Assembly (NCBI GenBank): GCA_016186045.1
Contig: JACPMJ010000020.1
Span: forward strand, 5,435-69,434
Direction of reading: 5' to 3'
DNA: 64,000 nucleotides
Source: Candidatus Uhrbacteria bacterium
GTDB lineage: Bacteria; Patescibacteriota; Patescibacteriia; JACQRZ01
Shown here: piece after piece, positions 9,104 through 18,899 of the stretch
How the letters are laid out: the number at the start of each line of letters is the position of its first letter
Numbering within the stretch: the stretch's first letter is position 1
Position numbers and translations under genes: made by a program
Notes under the pieces: generated by a model
The model's database searches: none
What the model was told of the DNA's origin: nothing
What the model saw: only the letters and a program-made list of their open reading frames with translations

Positions 9104-9667
9104 ATGAGGAAAATCATGAAAAAATTTTTAAACGAACAGATTCTTCTGTATAAGATGCGCACCGGCGATGTGAACGCGTTTGGTCCGGTGTATGACTTCT
9201 ATCACGAAAAGATTTATCGATTCGTGTATTTGAAGCTACCCACGCGTCAGGACGCGGAAGACATTACCGCGGATACATTTTTAAAAGCATGGCAATATAT
9301 TCAAGAAAAAAAACCTATTCATACGATACAGGCGTTTTTGTATCAGATCGCGCGGAATCTGGTGGTGGATTTTTATCGCACGCGCGGCATAACACTGGAG
9401 TCCATAGACGAACGAGAGATTGTGATTGCGGATAGAACGGACCTTACGCTGGAAGAAAAAATGACGCTCAAGTCTGACATGCAGGAGGTGGAGTCCGCCC
9501 TGCGCAAATTGAAAGACGCATACCGCGAGGTGATCGTATTGCATTTCTTGAATGAACTTTCTCTGAAAGAAGTGGCACGCATCATAGGGAGGTCTCCGGG
9601 CGCAACACGTGTACTTTTGCATCGTGGCATCAAGACGGTAAAGGGGATACTGGGGGAGGGGAGATGA
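9104..9667 (+). CDS. ECF-type RNA polymerase sigma factor (sigma-70 family, regions 2 and 4)
   Basis: Region 2 ...DAEDITADTFLKAWQYI... and region 4 HTH ...LSLKEVARIIGRSPGATRVLLHRGIK... are present. Confidence 0.75.
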   Translation: MRKIMKKFLNEQILLYKMRTGDVNAFGPVYDFYHEKIYRFVYLKLPTRQDAEDITADTFLKAWQYIQEKKPIHTIQAFLYQIARNLVVDFYRTRGITLESIDEREIVIADRTDLTLEEKMTLKSDMQEVESALRKLKDAYREVIVLHFLNELSLKEVARIIGRSPGATRVLLHRGIKTVKGILGEGR

Positions 9668-9911
9668 CAAGGAGGAGGTACTGTAACATTTTCTCGCATA
9701 TTCCGTCTTATACTATGCACACACAAAAACAAAAAGATTTTAGCAAACGATAAAAAAACGAATATTGACCATATTTAAAACAAAAACTCAAGGCGAGGAG
9801 GCATTGCTGCGGAACGCACTACATGCACAGTCACGGCAGCACATGATCCGAATCCCGCTTTGGGTTTTTTGAAACCCCACCCGCTTGTCAAAGGGGTTTT
9901 GATCCCGAGTT

Positions 9912-10955
9912 ATGGACAAACGCGTCATCAAACAGATACAACTCCTGAAGTCTATCCAGCCCAGCAGGGAGTGGAGCGTCCAGACTCGGGATGTTTTATT
10001 TTCACAAATTCGCGCACAAGGCAAGGTTGGCGTACAAAAATCTTCCAAGATTGCCTGCACATGGGCATATGCGCGAAGCACGTTTTCTACAGCATACCAA
10101 TATAGCATTGGGTTGCTTTTTGAGCGTCCTTTGGCATTGGCAAGCGCGCTCTCCGTGTTCGTGATAAGCGTGCTCGGTGCGTTTTTTTACAGCCAGACCA
10201 GTATGCCAGGTGATGCGCTTTATGCGATGAAACGAACATCAGAAGGAGTTCGGACCGCACTGGTGTCTCCGGATGACCGGGCACAGCTGGAAATAGAATT
10301 TGCAGACCGGCGCATGGAAGAGATACGGGCAGTGTCAGAGAAAAAGGAAACAGCGCCGGAAGAAAAGGCAAAAAGCATTTCAGGTCTTTTGGACAATGCG
10401 TCAGAAAATTTTACAAATGTGAAAAAAACTTTGGAAGATGCAAAATCCGTGAGCACTCCAAAAAAAATAGTGGACATTGCAAAACTTGCCCAAGCCAAGG
10501 CGGGGCAGTATGAAAAGGCGCTTGGCCAGGTGCAATCAGCAGATCCGGATCGGCAAAATGCCGTACTGGCGCAGAAGATTAATACCGCCCTTACCGATGT
10601 CCATGCCGCAGAGTCAAAGGCATTGGAGGTGATTGTGGATAAGAAGGATATTGCGCAAATGTCAGATGATGAGGTAAAATCACAGATAGCGCAGTATATT
10701 ACCCAAACGCAGGAAAAAGTGGAAAAGGTAAAAGTCACCGCCGCGGGCCTCACCGATGAAACAGCAAAGGCGAAGACCGCGTCAGCGGCGGACAGTGCGC
10801 AAAAAGCATTGGAAGAGGCAAAGGCGGTGCTTGAGAAGAATGAGTACAAATCAGCAGTGGCAAAACTTGATGAGTCAAAAAAGATCATTGATTCCTTGCA
10901 GGCACAGTCCGCATCAGGCGATCCGGCTCAAGAGAAAATAAAACTTATTTATTAA
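9912..10955 (+). CDS. Membrane-anchored DUF5667-like protein, putative anti-sigma-factor-like partner of the upstream ECF sigma
   Basis: Single TM (ALASALSVFVISVLGAFFY) followed by PGDALYAMKRTSEGV and a long coiled-coil, alanine-rich periplasmic region. It lies directly downstream of the sigma factor. The family assignment is from memory. Confidence 0.4.
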   Translation: MDKRVIKQIQLLKSIQPSREWSVQTRDVLFSQIRAQGKVGVQKSSKIACTWAYARSTFSTAYQYSIGLLFERPLALASALSVFVISVLGAFFYSQTSMPGDALYAMKRTSEGVRTALVSPDDRAQLEIEFADRRMEEIRAVSEKKETAPEEKAKSISGLLDNASENFTNVKKTLEDAKSVSTPKKIVDIAKLAQAKAGQYEKALGQVQSADPDRQNAVLAQKINTALTDVHAAESKALEVIVDKKDIAQMSDDEVKSQIAQYITQTQEKVEKVKVTAAGLTDETAKAKTASAADSAQKALEEAKAVLEKNEYKSAVAKLDESKKIIDSLQAQSASGDPAQEKIKLIY

Positions 10956-10987
10956 ATTTATTAAAAAGCCTATCCGGCTGTTGAAGT

Positions 10988-11057
10988 TTGTCATTCCGAG
11001 CGGTCAGCATTGTTGAGGCCAGACAAAGTCTCACCACGCTACCACTTAGGATGACAA
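10988..11057. repeat. Intergenic structured repeat, family copy 1 (subfamily A): TTGTCATTCCGAGCGGTCAGC...CTTAGGATGACAA
   Basis: Shares a 20-nt 5' block with copy 4 at 51648 and has the common 3' terminus GGATGACA. It lies in the 5' region of the giant surface-protein gene. Confidence 0.5.
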
Positions 11058-11155
11058 AAAAGACAGTCGGACAGTCCCTGTACGCAAAGGTCGGGCCTTT
11101 ATGGCGCATACAGCGGTATTTATTACACATAACCTTACAAAGGTTCAAATATAAT

Positions 11156-14100
11156 ATGATAGAAACGTTAGCAAAAACCGGAAAGAAAGCACTGACCATC
11201 TCTGTGGTTGGTACCACAATTGCTTGGGCCACCGGTGTTGCCGCTTTCGTCCCAATGCTGGCAGGAGCTGCCACATTGACCGATGGCGACCTCATCAAGG
11301 CATCAGGGCCAGCTGTGTACTACTACCGCGGAACAGACGGAAAGCGCTGCCCTTTCCCAAATGACAAAGTATTTTATTCATGGTTTTCGGATTTCAAATC
11401 AGTGAAAACACTCACTGATGCGGAGCTTGCGGCCGTTGGCCTGTGCTCAACTCCGATGACCTATCGATCGGGTACCCGCTTGGTAAAGATTCAGACAGAT
11501 CCCAAGGTGTACGCGATTGAGTTGCCAAATACGCTTCGCCACGTTGCTGATGAGGCGACCGCAAAAGCGCTTTTTGGCGATAACTGGAACAAACAGATTG
11601 ACGATGTTGCTGATGTATTTTTTGGCAACTACTCAGCCAGCGACAAGCAGGTTACTACTGCAGCGCCGCCAGCCGGGTTTGTCTTTAAGGCATCTGACAC
11701 GGCAAAACTGTATTACATTGATAAAGACTCAGCCGGCGCCTACTCAAAGCGCGAGGTCAGTGACCTTAACGCATTCAAGGCAAACGGCTGGAAGGAAAAA
11801 GACATCCGTTCAGTCGCGCCGACAGTACTCGCTGGCATGACCGCGGGAAGTGCGATTGCGGCGGCGGAAAAGGCGATTAGTACGCCACAGTGGGCGGCAG
11901 CGCCAGTAGCCGGAGAAAAACCGGCAGTACCGGCGTTACCGGCAGGCGCATTGACTGTTGCAATGGCGGCAAACAATCCGGCAGCGGCAGTCCATGCTTC
12001 AGGAAGCTCATATAACGGCGCATTGGCGCTTACGTTTTCTGCGGCAGGAGGCCCGGTAGAGGTAAAGGGTGTTACCGTGACTCGCGGAGGGTTGGCAGTT
12101 GATGCGAACATCTCCGGCGTCGCGGCATTTGAGAACGGCAATCGCTTGAGCAATTTCGTGACATTTGCGAATGCAAAAGCAACATTGCCATTCACCACCG
12201 CCCTTTCGATTCCGTCAGGAAGTTCAAAGACTCTCTGGGTCAAGACAAATGTTGCGGCAGGTAATCTCACCGGAACCTATAACATGAGCGTTATAGCGGC
12301 AACAGATGTCAACACCGCATCCACGGTTTCCGGCACATTCCCCATGCAGGGCAACACCTTCTCATTGACGAATGGCGCAAACGTGATTGGAACACTGACT
12401 ATTGACGCGGTGCTTGTCCATAACAATGGCGCAAATGACGTAACGGCAGTGAACATCAATCTTGGCACATTGGGCCAGGAGATCGGTCGCTTCCGCTTTG
12501 TAGCAGGAGCAAATGAAGATGTGAAGCTGTCTAAGATCACCATGTACAACAACGGAAATACGAGCGATGGCGATGTGAAGAACATTTCGCTATATGCTCC
12601 GGATGGCACATTGCTTGCAAAAGTTGATAAGACCACTGACCGCTATGCCACATTTGACATGAGCGCAAAGCCCTATGTGATACTCAAAGGAACCACTCGC
12701 GATCTCTCACTCCGCCTTGACGTTGTTGGCGGCTCTTCACGGACCGCGCGCTTTGTCATCAATAACGATTATGATATTGAGGCATCAGGAACCCAGACCG
12801 GCTCTGGTATCTTGACAACAGCGGCAGGAGCAGTGGACACTGCGTTTCCGATGGGTGATTCAAACGGCGCCGCGAGCTGTTCAGCAGGAAATAACTGTTT
12901 GAACAAGATTACTGTGAACTCCGGCACACTCCTTTGGAGTAAGGCGGGAGACTCAAAGAGCGGCAACATCTCTGCAGGCGCAAACAATATTGAACTTGGC
13001 AAATGGATAGCAACCCCACAGGGTGAGGACATGGAGGTCCGCACCATGGTATTTACAGTGACATATGGAACTGCGCTTACCGGAACTCTGAAAATCAAGG
13101 TTGGCGACACGATCGTCTATACCTTGGCAGGAAGTTCTGTTGCGGCAACCGGCGCGAACAATACCGCAAATCTCTCAACCTATCCGGTATTGAAAGCGGG
13201 CGTCCCAACGTCAGTAACAATCCTTGGAGATCTTTCTTCAAGCGTGACATCAGGCTCAACCTATTTGGTGAACTTGGATATTACGCAGGTGAAGCGCCTC
13301 TCCACAAACGATCTTATAGATCCGTCTGTCAACGGGACCAATGCAAACACATTGACTGTTGCGGCCGCATCACTGCAGGTGGCAAAGAACGCCTCATATC
13401 CTGACACCACGATTGTGGCAGGATTGAGCCCGGCAAAAGTTGGCTCGTTCAACCTTGTCGCGGGCTCTACTGAAGACGTTAATGTCACCAGCATGTCAGT
13501 TGGTTTGAATGGCGTACTTACCAATGCTTCAAGTCTCATTCTGAAGAGCGGTGATACCCAGCTCAACCAGTCGGCGCTCGTACCTGCGGCGGCAAATACG
13601 ATCTCAACAACAGGATTTACCGTGCCAAAAGGCGGTTCAAAGACTGTTGATGTGTATGTGAACAGCAATAGCGCGACCACCGGTCCGACATCCGTGACTA
13701 TTACCGCGATTTCCGGAACCGGCGCGTCATCTGGCGCCGCAGTCACCGCAACCGGTGTCGTCGCAACTGGTCAGACCATTACTTGGGTAAGCAATGGCAC
13801 CCTGACCCTTGCGCTTGACACAACAAATACATCCACCGCACAGGTTGCGCACAGCAATCTCGTGGACATACCGGTACTTGCGGCACGCATGACCACAAAC
13901 AATGCGGAAGACATTCGCATCGCAAACCTCCAGGTGTCAGTCAGTAATGGCATGACAAACTGGAAGGATATCAAGCTGTTTGACGGCGCCACTCAAGTGG
14001 GCTCCACCACTCAGCTGGTAAACGGCGTCGCGCTCTTTGGCGGTTTGACGTATGTCGTGCCAAAGGACTCAACAAAGACCTTGACTGTGAAAGCATCCAC

Positions 14101-16048
14101 AAACTCGTCAGGTACCCTGAACTCACAGTCCATGTCACACTTCGCGATTGATTATCTTGATGCGTTCGGCGTGTCCGGAGGCACCACTATCAAACCAGGG
14201 TCCACCCTGTACACCACATGGACACTTTCAAACACCGTCATCACAAGCGGAGCCATCTCAGTGGGTTCCACCATAGGCTTCCATGCCGGTGACGTGATAT
14301 TCGTCCATAGCGATGATGCTTCAGGAGGATCACTTGGTCTCGTGTTGGCAGAACCAACAACCACGACCTCCCTTACGGTTGCCACACAATCAGCCTTGAC
14401 ACTTGGCGCAAATGCGACCGTGTCCAAGCTTGCGTCCGGCGCAACCACAGCGGCAAGCGCTGGCAATCTAGTGATTGCTGGCCAAGCTACCACTGTCACA
14501 TCAACAAAGGGATTCAATGTGGGTGATGCGGTTCTCGTATCCAACGGAACCGTTGTGACCCTTGGGTATGTGTCTGCAGTAGGATCAGGAACATCCATGA
14601 CCATCAATGCATTGGCGGCAAATGGAAATGCAGCGAGCCGCGTGTCAAAACTCGGCACTGATACCTTGAGCACTGCCGCATCAGCGCAAGCTGGAGCGGG
14701 AGTGGCAGCTGGTACGGTGCTGGCTCCAACAGCAACCACTGTCACATCAACAACAGGATTTAATGTTGGCGACATGGTCTTGCAGTGGAACAGTGTGATA
14801 GCTGGCAGCTTTGGTCTTGTGACTGCGATCGGATCAACAACAGCCATGACCATTGCGTCAAATGCGGCACAAGACTGGAACACCGACAATGACGTGGCAG
14901 GTGTGTTTGAAGGAAATTCGACCATTGTCCGCGTAGGTTCCGCAAACCCGACCACAGCGCTTGTTTCAAGCGCCGCATCAGCAGGGAATCGAGCTATTGC
15001 AGGAACTGCGCATACCGTAAGCTCAACAGTGGGATTTGCAGTCGGCGACATTGTATTGTCAACCGCTGACACGCTTGGCTCTACGCTGGGTGTGGTATCA
15101 GTAGTGGGCAATGCCACCAGCTTGACTGTGAACTCGGCATCTGCGCTCGGATCAGCCGCAACTCGTGTTGTACGCCTCCCAGGCGCAGCAGCGGCAGGTA
15201 ACTTCGTTACCATTCATGATACCGAACCGGTCATTACCCTGAATACAGGCTTTGCCGGCGGAAATTCTTCCGGCGGTTCTGGCCAGATTGTGGGTATGTA
15301 CGACATCAAGGCGGATGGCGACAGAAACATGACGGTTTCTTCATTGGATGTGAAGGCGGGCGGATCAAACTTGCCATGGCAGTTTGTAACGAGCTATGAC
15401 CTGTACAACGGCTCAACGCGGCTTGCATCCGCAACCCCGTTGAATGCAACTGTTACCGGTGCGGGTGCGGCGGCATTGACTGCTTCGCCATTCAAACTTT
15501 GCTCCGGCGTAGCAGCAGCGGCAGGTGAAATAGATGTCGGCGCGGCGGCAGATGTTACTGCGGCAGCAGCAAAGATTGCGGCAGGTGATACTATCGTGGT
15601 CATGCTAAGCACGACCAACTATATTACAGCGATCGTCACGGCAAAGACGGTTACTGGAAATTGTACGAATGCAGACGCGGCTGATGTTACATTGGCTATT
15701 ACGAATATTTCGTTGACTGGCGCTGCAATTACCACTACAACCGCAACCGCAGTTAAGAGCTTTAACGTGATCTTTGATGCAAGTAGCGCGACACCACTCG
15801 CACCCCAGACCATCACCGCAGGATCAGCACTGACCCTTACGGTCAAGGCTGACACCACGTCTGTGAAGTCCGGCGTTACCAGCGGTAATGTGAACTACAA
15901 CACGTCAATCGCTCTCACGGAAACATACACTGGCGCGCGGCTTTCCGGTGGCCTTACCTGGGGATATACCCCCACCAACGGAACAGCCATCACGGGTCTC
16001 ACGGCCTCTGACAGCTATCCAGTGAATGCTCCAGCGCTCGTCTACTAA
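11156..16048 (+). CDS. Giant secreted/surface protein (about 1630 aa), T/S/A/G/V-rich with internal repeats of 75-85 aa (motif GF(N/A)VGDxVL)
   Basis: Signal-peptide-like start MIETLAKTGKKALTISVVGTTIAWATGVAAFVPMLAGA. Four imperfect repeats lie at roughly 14250-15200 (TTVTSTKGFNVGDAVLVSNG..., TATTVTSTTGFNVGDMVLQW..., TAHTVSSTVGFAVGDIVLST...). The upstream in-frame ATG at 10988 lies inside the repeat element, so it is rejected as the start. Confidence 0.6.
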   Translation: MIETLAKTGKKALTISVVGTTIAWATGVAAFVPMLAGAATLTDGDLIKASGPAVYYYRGTDGKRCPFPNDKVFYSWFSDFKSVKTLTDAELAAVGLCSTPMTYRSGTRLVKIQTDPKVYAIELPNTLRHVADEATAKALFGDNWNKQIDDVADVFFGNYSASDKQVTTAAPPAGFVFKASDTAKLYYIDKDSAGAYSKREVSDLNAFKANGWKEKDIRSVAPTVLAGMTAGSAIAAAEKAISTPQWAAAPVAGEKPAVPALPAGALTVAMAANNPAAAVHASGSSYNGALALTFSAAGGPVEVKGVTVTRGGLAVDANISGVAAFENGNRLSNFVTFANAKATLPFTTALSIPSGSSKTLWVKTNVAAGNLTGTYNMSVIAATDVNTASTVSGTFPMQGNTFSLTNGANVIGTLTIDAVLVHNNGANDVTAVNINLGTLGQEIGRFRFVAGANEDVKLSKITMYNNGNTSDGDVKNISLYAPDGTLLAKVDKTTDRYATFDMSAKPYVILKGTTRDLSLRLDVVGGSSRTARFVINNDYDIEASGTQTGSGILTTAAGAVDTAFPMGDSNGAASCSAGNNCLNKITVNSGTLLWSKAGDSKSGNISAGANNIELGKWIATPQGEDMEVRTMVFTVTYGTALTGTLKIKVGDTIVYTLAGSSVAATGANNTANLSTYPVLKAGVPTSVTILGDLSSSVTSGSTYLVNLDITQVKRLSTNDLIDPSVNGTNANTLTVAAASLQVAKNASYPDTTIVAGLSPAKVGSFNLVAGSTEDVNVTSMSVGLNGVLTNASSLILKSGDTQLNQSALVPAAANTISTTGFTVPKGGSKTVDVYVNSNSATTGPTSVTITAISGTGASSGAAVTATGVVATGQTITWVSNGTLTLALDTTNTSTAQVAHSNLVDIPVLAARMTTNNAEDIRIANLQVSVSNGMTNWKDIKLFDGATQVGSTTQLVNGVALFGGLTYVVPKDSTKTLTVKASTNSSGTLNSQSMSHFAIDYLDAFGVSGGTTIKPGSTLYTTWTLSNTVITSGAISVGSTIGFHAGDVIFVHSDDASGGSLGLVLAEPTTTTSLTVATQSALTLGANATVSKLASGATTAASAGNLVIAGQATTVTSTKGFNVGDAVLVSNGTVVTLGYVSAVGSGTSMTINALAANGNAASRVSKLGTDTLSTAASAQAGAGVAAGTVLAPTATTVTSTTGFNVGDMVLQWNSVIAGSFGLVTAIGSTTAMTIASNAAQDWNTDNDVAGVFEGNSTIVRVGSANPTTALVSSAASAGNRAIAGTAHTVSSTVGFAVGDIVLSTADTLGSTLGVVSVVGNATSLTVNSASALGSAATRVVRLPGAAAAGNFVTIHDTEPVITLNTGFAGGNSSGGSGQIVGMYDIKADGDRNMTVSSLDVKAGGSNLPWQFVTSYDLYNGSTRLASATPLNATVTGAGAAALTASPFKLCSGVAAAAGEIDVGAAADVTAAAAKIAAGDTIVVMLSTTNYITAIVTAKTVTGNCTNADAADVTLAITNISLTGAAITTTTATAVKSFNVIFDASSATPLAPQTITAGSALTLTVKADTTSVKSGVTSGNVNYNTSIALTETYTGARLSGGLTWGYTPTNGTAITGLTASDSYPVNAPALVY

Positions 16049-16098
16049 AAAGATGAGTTCAGGAATCCATCTTCTCTAAGTTAGAGCAGACAGGACAG

Positions 16099-16130
16099 AA
16101 AAACTCCCCCTTCACCGGGGGAGTTTTTCG
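16099..16130 (+). terminator. Rho-independent terminator after the giant surface-protein gene
   Basis: aaaaactccccc-ttcacc-gggggagttttt with a T run. Confidence 0.6.
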
Positions 16131-16200
16131 TTGTCCCTCTTGTGCTGTACACGCTTATAATGGGATGGTATACTGTGAGTAGAATTCCTAAGAGAGATAT

Positions 16201-16620
16201 ATGCAAGAAGAAAAAAATGAATTAGAGCCAACCAATCATGATATTCTCGAGGCGATTAATTCGTATGCTACAAATACGGATAGGCGTCTTGAGAAAATTG
16301 AAGTACGTCTTGATACAATGGATGGCCGGCTTGATACAATGGATGGCCGGCTTGATACAATGGATGGCCGGCTTACGCGAGTTGAATCTCAAATGGTGAC
16401 CAAAGAATATCTTGATGAACGACTTGGTAAGTTTCGCTCTGATATCACGGATTACATGGATAAGCGCCTGCTTGATCTGAAGGGCGATCTTGTGGTGATT
16501 ATGAAATCTGAAGATAGAAAATTATCCGCTCTTGTTGAACTTCTTGTCCACAAGAGTATTCTCACCACATCTGAAGCGCGCAGTATCGCGCGAATGGAGC
16601 CGTTTCCGCAAGGAGTATAA
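16201..16620 (+). CDS. Hypothetical coiled-coil protein with three exact heptad repeats (RLDTMDG)
   Basis: Intact 139-aa ORF. Contains a perfect 21-bp x3 tandem DNA repeat. Confidence 0.5.
   Translation: MQEEKNELEPTNHDILEAINSYATNTDRRLEKIEVRLDTMDGRLDTMDGRLDTMDGRLTRVESQMVTKEYLDERLGKFRSDITDYMDKRLLDLKGDLVVIMKSEDRKLSALVELLVHKSILTTSEARSIARMEPFPQGV
16307..16369 (+). repeat. 21-bp perfect tandem repeat x3 (cgNcttgatacaatggatggc), in frame within the 16201 ORF
   Basis: Read directly from the sequence. Confidence 0.85.
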
Positions 16621-16728
16621 AATATTTTTCATAAAAGCATCTTCTTCCGCGCACTTCGCGTGGGAGGTTTTGTTTTATTTGACGAAATGCCTATTTTTTT
16701 GATAAAATTTCACTGCTATATATAATAT

Positions 16729-17406
16729 GTGCAGAGTATGAAAAAAAACAAAACAAACATGATTATTTTTTTCGAGATTCTCATTGGCATTGTTTTCCTT
16801 ATTGGGCTTGGATATTATGGAAGCAGACATCAGCCGCCGTCATACCCGGTAAATATTTCACAGGAATTAAGGATACGATTACTTGCGCAAACAGAGGAAC
16901 TTCAAGAAAAGATAAGAAAATCGCAGGAAAATTCCGCGCAAGGCGAGGATCATTTTTATGAATATGTTGATCTGGGCAACGCGTATCAGGAGCTGGGCAT
17001 GTACCGTGAATCCCGCACTGCATATCTGGAAGCGGCAAAGATTCGGGAAAAGACTATCTTGCCATGGATGAATTTGGCATACTTATATGAGCGGGCGGGG
17101 CAGAGCAAAGATGCGCTTGCCGCATTTCAAAAAGTATTGGAGTATGATGACGCGAATCTGGACGCGTACCTGCATCTTATTCGGCTTCAGCGAGATATTT
17201 TTAAATTTCCATTGAATGGAATTATTATCCTTTATCAGCAAGCATCTGCAAAGACAGGCGATAATCCTGAGCTTCACAGAGATTTTGCGCGATATCTGGA
17301 AAAAATGGGATACAAAAATGATGCGCTTGAACAATGGAAAGCGGTGAATGGCAGACTCCACGATGATCTTGAGGCGCAGGAGGGGATTCGCCGTTTGGAT
17401 AAATAA
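16729..17406 (+). CDS. Membrane-anchored TPR-repeat protein (paralog 1)
   Basis: N-terminal TM IIFFEILIGIVFLIGLGYYG. TPR-like helices (YVDLGNAYQELGMYRESRTAYLEAAK; LAYLYERAGQSKDALAAFQKVLEYD). Confidence 0.55.
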   Translation: MQSMKKNKTNMIIFFEILIGIVFLIGLGYYGSRHQPPSYPVNISQELRIRLLAQTEELQEKIRKSQENSAQGEDHFYEYVDLGNAYQELGMYRESRTAYLEAAKIREKTILPWMNLAYLYERAGQSKDALAAFQKVLEYDDANLDAYLHLIRLQRDIFKFPLNGIIILYQQASAKTGDNPELHRDFARYLEKMGYKNDALEQWKAVNGRLHDDLEAQEGIRRLDK

Positions 17407-17412
17407 ACACAT

Positions 17413-18162
17413 ATGATGACAAAACGATTATTTCAGAAAAAATGGGTAGGCATAAGCGTGATATGTCTCAGCGCTGGTGTTGTATTTGGCATTATGGCTC
17501 TTATGCCGAGCATTAGGAATATGCAAAAGGGTACTGTACAGATTAACCTCACCAAAGAACAAAGGCGTTCCTTTGAAGACGAGGTGCGAAAGATTAAAAA
17601 AGAAATCCAGTCACAGACAGAGGGCGTCAAGAAGACAGAGCCGCGCGTTATGGCGGTCCGGTATATCCAGCTTGCCCGCGCGTATGAGAATCTCGGACAG
17701 ATTGCGAAGTCTATTGGCGCATATACCGATGCGCTCAAGCAGGATCCGAAAAACGCAGACGCATTTGTTGGTCGGGCGGATATGAAAAAAGAACTGAAGG
17801 AGTATGGAGCGGCAGAAGAAGATTATCGTTCAGCGCTGGATGCGGACACTCAAAATATTGACCTTTATCAAAAATTCGCAGATTTTTACGCCTATCGGAT
17901 GAGTGACGCGGACAAAGCGCGCGGAGTATACATAGAAGGGCTTTTGCGGACGAATGATTCTTCTGAGTTGAAGCGGCATTTTGCGGTTTTTTTGGAATCA
18001 ACTGGCAGTGCGTATGAGGCGTATCTTTATTGGACCGCGCTCGCGCAGGCAAACAGCGCTGATGCGGAGGCACAAGTCCATGCAAATGCTTTGCGCCCAT
18101 CCGTGCAAGACGCTATCCGCGCGTCAGAGCAGGCGGGGAAAAAGTCCAAGAAAGCGAAGTAA
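17413..18162 (+). CDS. Membrane-anchored TPR-repeat protein (paralog 2)
   Basis: Same architecture as the preceding gene (TM, then ARAYENLGQIAKSIGAYTDALKQDPKNADAF TPR). Confidence 0.55.
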   Translation: MMTKRLFQKKWVGISVICLSAGVVFGIMALMPSIRNMQKGTVQINLTKEQRRSFEDEVRKIKKEIQSQTEGVKKTEPRVMAVRYIQLARAYENLGQIAKSIGAYTDALKQDPKNADAFVGRADMKKELKEYGAAEEDYRSALDADTQNIDLYQKFADFYAYRMSDADKARGVYIEGLLRTNDSSELKRHFAVFLESTGSAYEAYLYWTALAQANSADAEAQVHANALRPSVQDAIRASEQAGKKSKKAK

Positions 18163-18163
18163 T

Positions 18164-18814
18164 ATGATATTCTTGCAAAAAAAAGCAGGTAGTATATTCA
18201 TAATCTGTGTTGTGCTGATAGGCGTTGGGTATATCGGCTATGGCGTATTTGTAAAGAAAAAAGATGTTCCGCGGAAGAATCAGGAGAACAAACCGATACA
18301 GCTAAAACAGGAGATAAGCGGGGTAGGAGAAAGTATGAGAGCTTTTGTCCGAAGATTCGTCGCTGGCAGGCGAGAGAAGAGCCCTGATACAACATCAGAC
18401 ATGCCGCCAGCGCAGGCAGATCAGGCGCGACAGGCGCGGACATATCCGGTGTCCATAGGCACGGAAACACTGTATCTTGAGTTGGCTGACAGTGAATATG
18501 CTCAGACATATGGCTTGACAAATCGCGCATCTTTGCCAAAAGATCAGGGTATGCTGTATGTTGTCACAAAAAAGCAAGAATTTTCATATTGGGCAAAAGA
18601 CATGCTGTTTGCTACGGATGTGGTGTGGCTGGGGCCGGATTTCACCGTGGTTGATATCAGTGAAAACATTGTGCCGGAGTCATATCCAAAGATATTCAAG
18701 CCAAAAGGCGCGGCGCGATATGTGATTGAAATGAACGCAGGTAGTGTGCTTCGATCGGGTGTTCGCATAGGGGATCGCATTGATTTTTCTTATATTTTAG
18801 ATGAAAAAAAATAA
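18164..18814 (+). CDS. DUF192 (COG1430) family protein with N-terminal membrane anchor
   Basis: Start chosen at ATG 18164 (MIFLQKKAGS...). C-terminal part has the DUF192-like pattern ...GLTNRASLPKDQGMLYV...FSYWAKDMLFATDVVWLGPDFTVVDI.... Confidence 0.55.
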   Translation: MIFLQKKAGSIFIICVVLIGVGYIGYGVFVKKKDVPRKNQENKPIQLKQEISGVGESMRAFVRRFVAGRREKSPDTTSDMPPAQADQARQARTYPVSIGTETLYLELADSEYAQTYGLTNRASLPKDQGMLYVVTKKQEFSYWAKDMLFATDVVWLGPDFTVVDISENIVPESYPKIFKPKGAARYVIEMNAGSVLRSGVRIGDRIDFSYILDEKK

Positions 18815-18899
18815 AATTGCGAAAAACTATTGACTTTTTTTTGAATGTATTACTATCACCATACTTAAAAGAATTGTGCTGAATTGATACATAACCTTT

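Noticed and set aside
10988-11155. Upstream in-frame start of the giant surface-protein ORF (MSFRAVSIVEARQSL...)
   Set aside because: This stretch lies on the structured repeat element (ATG inside GGATGACA). The downstream ATG at 11156 is followed by a textbook signal peptide.
14152-15213. 353-aa antisense ORF (and other long minus-strand ORFs between 11740 and 15858) inside the giant surface-protein gene
   Set aside because: Typical spurious antisense ORFs of a GC-rich repetitive coding region. They have low-complexity A/T/P/V composition, no start context, and the sense frame has coherent repeats and a signal peptide.
16307-16369. CRISPR array
   Set aside because: The only direct tandem repeats seen are three contiguous 21-bp units with no spacers, inside a coding frame. 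No repeat-spacer architecture or cas genes occur anywhere in the window.
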